Positions 57,112 to 64,000 of a stretch of DNA of 64,000 nucleotides are shown piece by piece (the first letter of the stretch is position 1; the number at the start of each line of letters is the position of its first letter). The notes below the pieces were generated by a model. The model was given only the letters and a program-made list of their open reading frames with translations, had not been told where the DNA came from and did no database searches. The position numbers and the translations under genes were made by a program. Source of the stretch: a virus (Duplodnaviria > Caudoviricetes); IMG/VR virus record IMGVR_UViG_3300002514_008521, positions 24,449 to 88,448 of that record, one strand, 5' to 3'.

Positions 57112-57366
57112 CTATCCCTTCACCCGGCTATATCGGATTGCTTCGGAAAGATTTTTACTATAGTCGCTATGCCACTCATCAACCTCAGGCCTGTCAGGTG
57201 TGCGACCATGAATTTTAAATGAACCGGTGATATCACCACCAGAAATACTAAAGCTGATGGGTGTTCCATTTTTGGTTACGTCAATCCATATTTCATATAG
57301 ACGATGCGTGACCTCAGGTAAATACCCATTCTTTAATAGTTTATTTCTTACCCTTTTAAGGTTCAT
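57112..57366 (-). CDS. Hypothetical protein
   Basis: ATGA coupling with upstream gene. Confidence 0.55.
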   Translation of the reverse strand: MNLKRVRNKLLKNGYLPEVTHRLYEIWIDVTKNGTPISFSISGGDITGSFKIHGRTPDRPEVDEWHSDYSKNLSEAIRYSRVKG

Positions 57367-57548
57367 TGGTTATGGATCGTGATCTTTTTAAGAAAAGAGG
57401 GGATGTGGTACCTACATTGTCTAATATTTTGCCACTTTACTAATACCGTACCATGAAAAGTTTTAAATGAGACAATTCGGCCATGGCCCAGGGCGCTGTC
57501 TTCTTTATGAGTTACTGTGTCACCGATTTTCATCATTTTCCCTTCCAT
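57363..57548 (-). CDS. Small KOW/SH3-like hypothetical protein
   Basis: MKIGDTVTHK...GRIVS...LVKW. Confidence 0.6.
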   Translation of the reverse strand: MEGKMMKIGDTVTHKEDSALGHGRIVSFKTFHGTVLVKWQNIRQCRYHIPSFLKKITIHNQ

Positions 57549-57657
57549 AGTAAGCCACTGTGGCCAGTATCATCCCGAGAATGATGCCGGCGGACATAAA
57601 AGGCCCAAAATTAACATGTGCCGATGTAGAAGTGATATCGTAATAAAAAATCCACAT
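57520..57657 (-). CDS. Small membrane protein
   Basis: Hydrophobic segment FMSAGIILGMILATVAYY; ATG just after the upstream stop. Confidence 0.4.
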   Translation of the reverse strand: MWIFYYDITSTSAHVNFGPFMSAGIILGMILATVAYYGRENDENR

Positions 57658-57659
57658 AA

Positions 57660-57893
57660 TTACCACTTCCATCCCAAGCATGAACAAACTTCTTGAAAAA
57701 ATGAATCCGGGTATCCTGGGTAGTTGACCGCACGACATGTGGTCTCACCGTTCTCTTCGAAGCCGAGATCCCCGCCGTCCCCGCCGTTAGCCATATCAGT
57801 ATACTGCCACCTGATTTCACGCAACATGCGTTGAGAATTAGGCACTTTTTCCATTTTCTTATAAAAGACGATTACATCAATTGCACTTTTCAT
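57660..57893 (-). CDS. Hypothetical protein
   Basis: GGAG RBS-like; ORF track. Confidence 0.55.
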   Translation of the reverse strand: MKSAIDVIVFYKKMEKVPNSQRMLREIRWQYTDMANGGDGGDLGFEENGETTCRAVNYPGYPDSFFQEVCSCLGWKW

Positions 57894-58068
57894 TTAAACA
57901 CTCCACACATACATGTGTACACACATCATGCTCCGCCTTCTTTAGGCATACATTACAGTATTTTACATAGTATTCATCATTGCCTCCACGGAGATCATTT
58001 CCGTAGCTATCATGATAATCTTTGTGATAACCATATTGGTTATAACGTGAACCCATAAATATCCTCAA
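57877..58068 (-). CDS. Small Zn-finger-like hypothetical protein
   Basis: TGAGGA RBS; CNVC...CTHVCVEC. Confidence 0.55.
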   Translation of the reverse strand: MRIFMGSRYNQYGYHKDYHDSYGNDLRGGNDEYYVKYCNVCLKKAEHDVCTHVCVECLNEKCN

Positions 58069-58071
58069 TTG

Positions 58072-58380
58072 TTAATGATAGTTTGCTTCATCGAAGCCAG
58101 GTGAAAGTACCATAAGCTGCACACAGGGATCATCAGGATCCTCAGTAGACTCAGATTCAAAGTACGACCATCCCACAAACTCTTTAGTACCTGCATCAGA
58201 ATCAGAATAGTATGTACAGCCGCCGCCCACATAAACAACAGATCGGCCGGCTCGGTCAACAACAGAAAGTTGCCGTTGTCCGGCGGCATCATAGCCGATA
58301 GACTCTAGAGGTACGAGAACAGTACCAGATCCAACGGTATTACCACATTGAACAAAATTATAGTCTAAAAAGTCAAGCAT
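58072..58380 (-). CDS. Hypothetical acidic protein
   Basis: AAGGAG RBS before ATG 58380; promoter upstream. Confidence 0.6.
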   Translation of the reverse strand: MLDFLDYNFVQCGNTVGSGTVLVPLESIGYDAAGQRQLSVVDRAGRSVVYVGGGCTYYSDSDAGTKEFVGWSYFESESTEDPDDPCVQLMVLSPGFDEANYH

Positions 58381-58405
58381 GTCTTCTCCTTCTTGGTACA
58401 TTAAT

Positions 58406-58434
58406 ATTATACACCAAGTAGAAGAAGTTTGCAC
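58406..58434 (-). promoter_or_regulatory. Sigma70-like early promoter GTGCAA-N17-TATAAT
   Basis: Read directly. Confidence 0.6.
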
Positions 58435-58466
58435 GAATTTGAATATATTTTTAAATTAATGGATGA

Positions 58467-58676
58467 TTAGGCGTGATATGCCTTAAGTGCATCTTCTGCA
58501 TCTTCTTTAGTATCATATGTCTGAGGCCAAAGTTTTCCGGTCTTGTTAGAGATAATTCTCCACTTTCCATCCCTGTCAGTGACGCATCCGGATTCCGGAC
58601 ACTTTCCCTTACCAGACTTATCTTCAGCTAATACATAACGAATGATACTTCTTAGTCTGCTTTCTGATATTTTCAT
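58467..58676 (-). CDS. Small protein with ISESRLRSII leader motif
   Basis: N-terminal motif; CPESGC; coupled to upstream gene. Confidence 0.7.
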   Translation of the reverse strand: MKISESRLRSIIRYVLAEDKSGKGKCPESGCVTDRDGKWRIISNKTGKLWPQTYDTKEDAEDALKAYHA

Positions 58677-59290
58677 TATCGCTTTCTTCGTAGAGTCTCA
58701 CGAATTTTGCGGGCTAGTTTTCTTTTAAGAGCGCGCCGTTGCTTAGATTCATGACGTACCTCAAAGCCGGCATCATCACGACGGTCTTTATAATCCTGGT
58801 CGTGTGCTGCCTCAGCACCATGCTCAGCTGCCAGGCGCTCATCTTCACGTGCATCATAGCCCTGGTCATCGTGGTGGTGGTGATGGTGATGCACATGGTG
58901 GGTAGCATCATCTCTATCTTCAAACCCAGCATCATCTCTGCGATCATGATAATCTTGTTCATGATCTGCTGCTGCACCATGAAGCGCAGCCAAGTGCTCA
59001 TCTTCACGAGCATCGTATCCCTGGTGTTCCTCTTTCATTACACGACGAACGATATTACGTAACTGTCGTTTCATCCGTCGACGCGACTCATCTTTTCTTT
59101 CTTTCTCTTTTTCCGCATGGAGCTCCTCTTCATGATCATCTTTAATGTCATCCTTAAGGTCTCTAATATGCTCGATATCATCTCCTATATTCTTTTTGAG
59201 ATGATCAAGTTCAGTATCAACCGTATCTTCGAATAACCGCTTTGTTTCTTGCAAAATTATTCTTCTTAATTGTCGCTTTGTAATTCTCAT
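58676..59290 (-). CDS. His/Asp-rich repeat protein with ITKRQLRRII leader (putative internal head protein)
   Basis: GGAGAG RBS; 53-aa-period internal duplication QGYDAREDE...RRDDAGFE; poly-His tract. Confidence 0.75.
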   Translation of the reverse strand: MRITKRQLRRIILQETKRLFEDTVDTELDHLKKNIGDDIEHIRDLKDDIKDDHEEELHAEKEKERKDESRRRMKRQLRNIVRRVMKEEHQGYDAREDEHLAALHGAAADHEQDYHDRRDDAGFEDRDDATHHVHHHHHHHDDQGYDAREDERLAAEHGAEAAHDQDYKDRRDDAGFEVRHESKQRRALKRKLARKIRETLRRKR

Positions 59291-59375
59291 GTTACACTCT
59301 CCAGGGATGTTGTGTTGTAGTTTTAAATATACACGTGGGGGACATTTATGACATAGGCTGGTGAATTTATGTAAA

Positions 59376-59585
59376 TTATATAGCTATGACATCCCATCCC
59401 GCACTACTATAGTTTCTTATCACACCCTCTGTAAAGATAGAGTAGGTCGTATATGCGGAATTGTTGATTATGAATTCTTTTTTATCTATAAGAATTCCGA
59501 CGCCTTTCACATACCGGTAGAATGGGTCACCGTTTGTTGGCGACATGATGGGATTTTCAAATTCTACTAAGTCACCGGTATGCAT
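59376..59585 (-). CDS. Small KOW/SH3-like hypothetical protein
   Basis: MHTGDLVEF...GVGILI; start reset to ATG 59585. Confidence 0.55.
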   Translation of the reverse strand: MHTGDLVEFENPIMSPTNGDPFYRYVKGVGILIDKKEFIINNSAYTTYSIFTEGVIRNYSSAGWDVIAI

Positions 59586-59594
59586 AATTTTCTC

Positions 59595-59625
59595 AAAAAA
59601 AAAGCGCCCCGCATTCCCGGGCGCC
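59595..59625 (-). terminator. Rho-independent terminator closing the large ncRNA
   Basis: GCGCCC...GGGCGC stem followed by T9 on the minus strand. Confidence 0.85.
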
Positions 59626-60275
59626 TTAATTCTCATGACCATCAAGCCTTTTGAGCCTGTCCCCTTCTCGGGTTAGATGTGAACACACCGGCAAGTAACA
59701 CCGTTCACGAGATTTCTCCCTGTTCTTGGCTCGTGAAAACCACGGAACAGCACGTTCTACTGTCACTAACATTCTGCGCTCAGTTGGGTAAGCTGTACAC
59801 TTCCCCCCGCATAAGCACGCCATGCTTCCAATCCTTGGGAGAATGTACACATAGCCCCTTTCGGGACGACGACCCTGTTGCCAGTTTCATCAGAGAGACT
59901 TCTGCCAATGACAGTTAAGTTCTAAGGGTGCTTAAGCCCTCTTCCCAAGACTTTCATCACCTTTCGGCGTCTTGGTTTGCCCTTATCCCGTTTCCACGAT
60001 GAACCTACAAGTCCGTGGATATTTTCAGTAGTATTTCCCTAGCGGAATAGGGACTCATACTTCCAATCACTGAACAACTTCGGAAATTCCACTCTCCTTA
60101 ACTTGTTCCCTCTCTTAGTTGGGCGGCATAACGTAAGAACGCTACTTTCCCAATCAAGGTTTTCTCTATCATTAGCTTTCGCCAATGTACAGGGGCCAGT
60201 AATTCCACCTGAATTTTATAACCCGAGAACATGGGTGTATCTTTCAATTCTTTCAAAGAGCCAGCCTTAAAGGCT
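59626..60275 (-). ncRNA. Large structured ncRNA of unknown class (core 59665-60229)
   Basis: No credible ORF; 11-bp closing helix 60219-60229/59665-59675; nested long-range helices; three GAAA-capped hairpins on the minus strand; terminator at the 3' end. Confidence 0.8.
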
Positions 60276-60315
60276 ATGTGTAAGTTATATTCAACGTTAT
60301 TCTAATGTTTAATTT

Positions 60316-60546
60316 TTAAACTTTGTCGGCTTCTTTTTTTGTTGACATATTAATTAATTTTCCGGCTTTTTCTATCAATTGGCCCCGGATTTTAAAAAGT
60401 TCACAGTCATATAAGACTAACGCTGATTTCATAAGCTTATCATATGATATTAATAATCCTATGTGTTTCTTGGGTGTTGTTGACCAATCATCAATGTCCA
60501 CAATGTCTTCCCACTTTGCAAATCTAACAATATCACCTGTTTTCAT
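60316..60546 (-). CDS. Small KOW/SH3-like hypothetical protein
   Basis: MKTGDIVRF...IGLLIS; ATGA coupling. Confidence 0.6.
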   Translation of the reverse strand: MKTGDIVRFAKWEDIVDIDDWSTTPKKHIGLLISYDKLMKSALVLYDCELFKIRGQLIEKAGKLINMSTKKEADKV

Positions 60547-60761
60547 GAAACAAGCTCAGTTGCATATGAAAATACTCTTTCATCAATAACTTTTATACTT
60601 TTACATCCATGATGCAGTATGAGATGATGACGCATGGGTATATCATCACCCATAATTTTGTATTCACACCCTAGGTATAGTGCAATCTGATCATTAAGAG
60701 CACAATTTTCTTCAATAAACCCAAACCTAATCAGATCACCTATGGAAGTATTATTTTTCAC
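60543..60761 (-). CDS. Small KOW/SH3-like hypothetical protein
   Basis: SIGDLIRF. Confidence 0.55.
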   Translation of the reverse strand: MKNNTSIGDLIRFGFIEENCALNDQIALYLGCEYKIMGDDIPMRHHLILHHGCKSIKVIDERVFSYATELVS

Positions 60762-60945
60762 ATGTACTTACAACTTCCCACTGATCTACGAGGCCGGACT
60801 TAATACGACCGTCCGCATGTAATAACTTAATAGCATTTCGTGCCCTATCAATAACCAGGGCATGTGTAGAAATATAGTCGGCCTTCCTATTATAAACCTT
60901 CCACCACATTTCATATTTCATTTTTACTAAATCGCCGATATTCAT
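60751..60945 (-). CDS. Small KOW/SH3-like hypothetical protein
   Basis: MNIGDLVKMK. Confidence 0.6.
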   Translation of the reverse strand: MNIGDLVKMKYEMWWKVYNRKADYISTHALVIDRARNAIKLLHADGRIKSGLVDQWEVVSTCEK

Positions 60946-61031
60946 TTTTTCTTTTTTTCAAAATATGTGGGAAGCAATACTATGATCCCAACCATGGTAC
61001 ATGCGGTGATAAATAACACTGTATCACTCAT
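60942..61031 (-). CDS. 29-aa single-TM peptide MSDTVLFITACTMVGIIVLLPTYFEKKKK (not in ORF track)
   Basis: ATGA overlaps at both ends; hydrophobic core with basic tail. Confidence 0.55.
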   Translation of the reverse strand: MSDTVLFITACTMVGIIVLLPTYFEKKKK

Positions 61032-61234
61032 GTTAACACCTTAATGTTTTCTTCCATTAGTAGACTAATTTCATCTTGCCATGTTGTTTCTATATCCCCA
61101 TTTTCCCATAAAATATCTACCTGGGGGGGTGAAACACCAGATCCCTTTTCATCGATATCTACCATGTCCACAATTATACCAACATACATTTTATCATTAT
61201 CGCTTGAAAAACTAACCACGTCGCCGATCTTCAC
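61028..61234 (-). CDS. Small KOW/SH3-like hypothetical protein
   Basis: GTG start MKIGDVVSF...VGIIVD...VDILWENG. Confidence 0.6.
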   Translation of the reverse strand: MKIGDVVSFSSDNDKMYVGIIVDMVDIDEKGSGVSPPQVDILWENGDIETTWQDEISLLMEENIKVLT

Positions 61235-61424
61235 TTGATATTCTCTTTTTATAAATTGTAACATTGTTTGTTAGCGCTGGATATTCATCATCATAAAAAA
61301 TAATGTTCCCTTTCATGTTACGTGTTGCAATTAACCAGGCCTGGGGAACCGTCTTTATATTTTCATAATCTTCGAACAAAAATGATTGCTCAAAATCGGG
61401 ATAGCATGGTGTTTTATCTTTCAT
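61212..61424 (-). CDS. Hypothetical protein
   Basis: GAAGGAG RBS; ATGA coupling. Confidence 0.5.
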   Translation of the reverse strand: MKDKTPCYPDFEQSFLFEDYENIKTVPQAWLIATRNMKGNIIFYDDEYPALTNNVTIYKKRISSEDRRRG

Positions 61425-61852
61425 TGGTTGTCTCCTTCGTCTGTATCTTCAATCTTTATCTTCTTTCCACACATAATTGCCTCAAAAATTTCTACTAATT
61501 CAAGCATCTTAGTACATGTATGCACACCTAGGCGCCCCAGTTCACTTAGCGCTCTTAATTGCATGTTTTCCATATCAATCTCTACCGGGCCTTCACCATA
61601 GTCTAATACTACATGAACAATCTGTGGCCCGGTCAATATACGCTTGGCTTCCTTGGGCGGAACACCGGCTGAAGACGTACTAATTTTTTCATGGTGTAAT
61701 AAGTCAACTGCCCACTTTGCCTCTTTAAGACTACCTCCGGTATGATCACGTAACGCTTTAATGGCTTTAATCTTATTATTATTCATAAGGCAATCGAGTA
61801 TTTTAGAATATGTCTTCAAGTCGACGTGTAAAAAATCTCTGCTATAATCCAT
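61421..61852 (-). CDS. Hypothetical protein with ribosomal L7/L12 C-terminal-like motif
   Basis: KIKAIKALRDHTGGSLKEAKWAVD resembles the L12 CTD motif KI.VIK.VR..TGLGLKEAK..V. Confidence 0.6.
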   Translation of the reverse strand: MDYSRDFLHVDLKTYSKILDCLMNNNKIKAIKALRDHTGGSLKEAKWAVDLLHHEKISTSSAGVPPKEAKRILTGPQIVHVVLDYGEGPVEIDMENMQLRALSELGRLGVHTCTKMLELVEIFEAIMCGKKIKIEDTDEGDNQ

Positions 61853-62054
61853 TTTGTTAAGTCCTAAGATAGTGTGTCAGAATAATTAAGATCATGATTA
61901 AAACAATTATCATGCGTTTGTATAAAAGCATAATGAGTCTTAAGGAAGGTACGCCACAATGCAAATATGTTATACATGCGAAAGATAATCATAACTGTTG
62001 TATAAAAATACTGAATCATACCGGGCCCCATGAGACAATAGATGGTGCGTCTTA

Positions 62055-62264
62055 CTATGAATCATAGGAAAGTACTTTCACCCTAGACGGAAAAAGAGTT
62101 AAATTGATATCTAACGATAGCTTGTGTGTTGTGGATTTTACAGTAACTATAGTGTGATCTTTTCTATTAATAGTAGCTTTCTTAATCCCTAATACTACGC
62201 CGCGATATTGCAATCCCATGTGATCGAATAATACTACGTCACCCTTTTGTATCAGCGTTTTCAA
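62055..62264 (-). CDS. Small KOW/SH3-like hypothetical protein
   Basis: IQKGDVVLF...RGVVLG. Confidence 0.55.
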   Translation of the reverse strand: MKTLIQKGDVVLFDHMGLQYRGVVLGIKKATINRKDHTIVTVKSTTHKLSLDINLTLFPSRVKVLSYDS

Positions 62265-62271
62265 TATTAGT

Positions 62272-62300
62272 ATTGTATCACGCTTGAAATTGATTTACAC
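62272..62300 (-). promoter_or_regulatory. Sigma70-like early promoter GTGTAA-N17-TACAAT
   Basis: Read directly; extended -10 TG. Confidence 0.6.
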
Positions 62301-62337
62301 AAGGGCTCATATTTTATTAGAAGAAATGTTATATTTT

Positions 62338-62622
62338 TTAAAAAAGTTCATCGTCGATCGATTTTCCGACCATGTATGACCTTAAAGATGTAAGTTTATC
62401 CAGCGTTACAGCAATCTTTCCGTCACCCCACTCTGGAACATAGTTCATGTCCTGAATAAGTTTACTAAGCTCTAAGGCCGTTGCTGCAATCGTTTGTAGT
62501 TGATTGATGGCCATCTTTACTTCTTCATCAGATCCCTGTTTTTCCAAGTCAACCTTAAGCGACTCAATTTCTTCTTTGATGATACGTCTTAACTCTCTTC
62601 TACTGATTGCCGGCACTTTCAT
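62338..62622 (-). CDS. Hypothetical protein with ISRRELRRIIKEE leader
   Basis: N-terminal motif; operon spacing. Confidence 0.7.
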   Translation of the reverse strand: MKVPAISRRELRRIIKEEIESLKVDLEKQGSDEEVKMAINQLQTIAATALELSKLIQDMNYVPEWGDGKIAVTLDKLTSLRSYMVGKSIDDELF

Positions 62623-62623
62623 C

Positions 62624-63328
62624 TTAGTATTCCCCTGCTATCCAGCCATAGAGATTACCGGGTATTTGTTCTCGAACTATAGTGTCAAGCCGGTATATAT
62701 AATCACTAAGCTGTTCAGGCGGAGTGGTCTGCATGGCCCCGAACGCTTTTTCCGACATATCATATATCGTTTGTAGCGACATAGCATCATCTTCATACAT
62801 GCTAGCCATGCTAGGATCCGTAGTTGAAGCAGCATGCTTCTGATTGCGGTCGATGGCTTTGAGAAGCTCGGGCATATCCTCTGCTGCTAAGTACATCTCG
62901 TCCTCGGCTTCACCCTCTGGCGTAAAGTTATCCCAGCCAGATGTTTGCTCCTTCAGCAACTTTGTTTTTTCTTCCCTGATAATTCTTTTTAACTGTCTTT
63001 TAGTTAGTTTTACTTCTCTGCTTTCCATAAAGCTTTGTTGGTATATTTCTTCATCACTCAATGTCCCACCGGTATCATGTTCTTTTTGTTGACGACGAAC
63101 CTCAAATCCAACTTCACGAGGATCAAGTCCCATTCCCATGGCAATTGACATCCAGTCTTTAGTTTCCAGTGCATTTTCAACTGTATAAGTTGCAAGTACT
63201 GATGATGAATTTCCCCCGGAAGGGGTACCCATATAGTCGCTAGCCCATTCCTTATAATCCATTATAGCTAGTGTGGGATCACTAGTCTCTTGAATAATCT
63301 TTCTTAATTGTCGTCTGGTAATTTTCAT
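62624..63328 (-). CDS. Hypothetical protein with two ITxxQLxxIIxE(E) motifs
   Basis: MKITRRQLRKIIQE at the N-terminus and LTKRQLKRIIREE internally. Confidence 0.75.
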   Translation of the reverse strand: MKITRRQLRKIIQETSDPTLAIMDYKEWASDYMGTPSGGNSSSVLATYTVENALETKDWMSIAMGMGLDPREVGFEVRRQQKEHDTGGTLSDEEIYQQSFMESREVKLTKRQLKRIIREEKTKLLKEQTSGWDNFTPEGEAEDEMYLAAEDMPELLKAIDRNQKHAASTTDPSMASMYEDDAMSLQTIYDMSEKAFGAMQTTPPEQLSDYIYRLDTIVREQIPGNLYGWIAGEY

Positions 63329-63329
63329 C

Positions 63330-63605
63330 TTACTTTCCTTGTTTATACGCTTTATCTGCCTGGGAACCGACAGGAGCCATAAGTTTCTTTAATTGGTTAG
63401 AGAAAGAAAAGAAAGGATGACCGAACTCCTCGTATGCTGGATCACGTTCAGAGTATTTCACAATTTCTTCTGCAATCATCTGCGCTTTTTGAAGGTGATC
63501 AAGCATCAAATACATCTCATCGATAGGATTATATTCATATGCTTCTTGTAGCTTAGCTTTCTCTTCTTTGATGATTCTTTTAAGCTGTTTCTTTGTAATA
63601 TTCAC
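63330..63605 (-). CDS. Hypothetical protein with ITKKQLKRIIKEE leader
   Basis: GTG at 63605 overlaps the upstream TGA (GTGA), placing the motif at the N-terminus. Confidence 0.7.
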   Translation of the reverse strand: MNITKKQLKRIIKEEKAKLQEAYEYNPIDEMYLMLDHLQKAQMIAEEIVKYSERDPAYEEFGHPFFSFSNQLKKLMAPVGSQADKAYKQGK

Positions 63606-64000
63606 TTTGTATCCTTTAGGCATTTGCCCAACACCTGTCGCCATGCATCAGGCATGTCTTCGAGGGAAGTACCCTCGTTTTTAATATCATCTTCATCACC
63701 CTGCAAATTAATCGTTTGCGCGGCCTCAAGTGCTTCAAGGATCATTTCACCCTCACCACCAAGATCACCATAACGAAGCACTCGGCCCAATCTATCCATG
63801 GCCATATCAATTGCATTGGGATTTTGTTCATAAACAGTTTCGGTAAAATCATCTCTTCCGGCGCCGCCGGCTCCAGTGATATAGGCACCGACCACAGCAT
63901 CAACCTGGGAGGCGACAGCATCACCCAAGCCTCTGTAAGCCCGGGCAAATTCGATCAAGGGTGAACCTGTATCAATGTCGTCCCATTGCTCTCTAAGAAG
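63602..64000 (-). CDS. Acidic hypothetical protein (5' end outside window)
   Basis: Frame open to the right edge: ...LLREQWDDIDTGSPLIEFARAY... Confidence 0.7.
   Translation of the reverse strand, partial: LLREQWDDIDTGSPLIEFARAYRGLGDAVASQVDAVVGAYITGAGGAGRDDFTETVYEQNPNAIDMAMDRLGRVLRYGDLGGEGEMILEALEAAQTINLQGDEDDIKNEGTSLEDMPDAWRQVLGKCLKDTK

Noticed and set aside
59855-59897. CTGATGA...GAAA hammerhead-like core on the minus strand
   Set aside because: No stem II directly after CTGATGA, and the GAAA is the loop of a separate hairpin
59626-59918. ORFs 59626-59850 (-) and 59679-59918 (+)
   Set aside because: No RBS or motif; they sit within extensively base-paired sequence better explained as ncRNA
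59626-60275. RNase P RNA or group II intron identity for the large RNA
   Set aside because: No GAGGAAAGUCC / AAGCC P4 elements, no GUGCG 5' end or domain V AGC-type triad recognised; not interrupting an ORF
1-64000. Stop-codon reassignment (common in some large phages)
   Set aside because: Enzymes are full length under the standard code, and TAA, TAG and TGA all end genes at coupled junctions

Overview
AT-rich, gene-dense, strongly minus-strand-biased window that reads as part of a huge/jumbo bacteriophage genome (inference from virion-fibre genes, PhoH, tRNA/tmRNA, dozens of tiny hypothetical ORFs and no ribosomal or housekeeping operons). Standard genetic code. Four blocks. (1) 1-28.5 kb: a ~30-gene sugar-nucleotide and glycosyltransferase island with a pseudaminic-acid-like pathway, a ColD/RfbH-type dehydratase plus split TPP enzyme, split HldE heptose enzymes, Gmd, three formyltransferases, two deacetylases, a carbamoyltransferase, a B12 radical SAM enzyme and several GTs. 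(2) 28.5-35.8 kb: a hexamer-repeat intergenic region followed by four modular virion fibre-like genes. (3) 35.9-49.2 kb: PIN-PhoH, a stand-alone Cys-rich sigma region-4 protein, a tubulin/FtsZ-family GTPase, tmRNA, Hc1-like protein, degenerate GroEL-like protein, yeaH-spoVR-prkA, HAD-Nudix fusion and DinG-like helicase. (4) 49.3-64 kb: accessory genes (serine protease, SLT, HNH, esterase, tRNA-Leu, Bfd), many small KOW/SH3-like ORFs, a protein family sharing an N-terminal 'ITxxQLxxIIxEE' motif, and a ~570-680 nt highly base-paired, unassigned ncRNA at 59.6-60.3 kb, which is the most striking unexplained element. All product calls come from motif recognition by eye; no searches were run.
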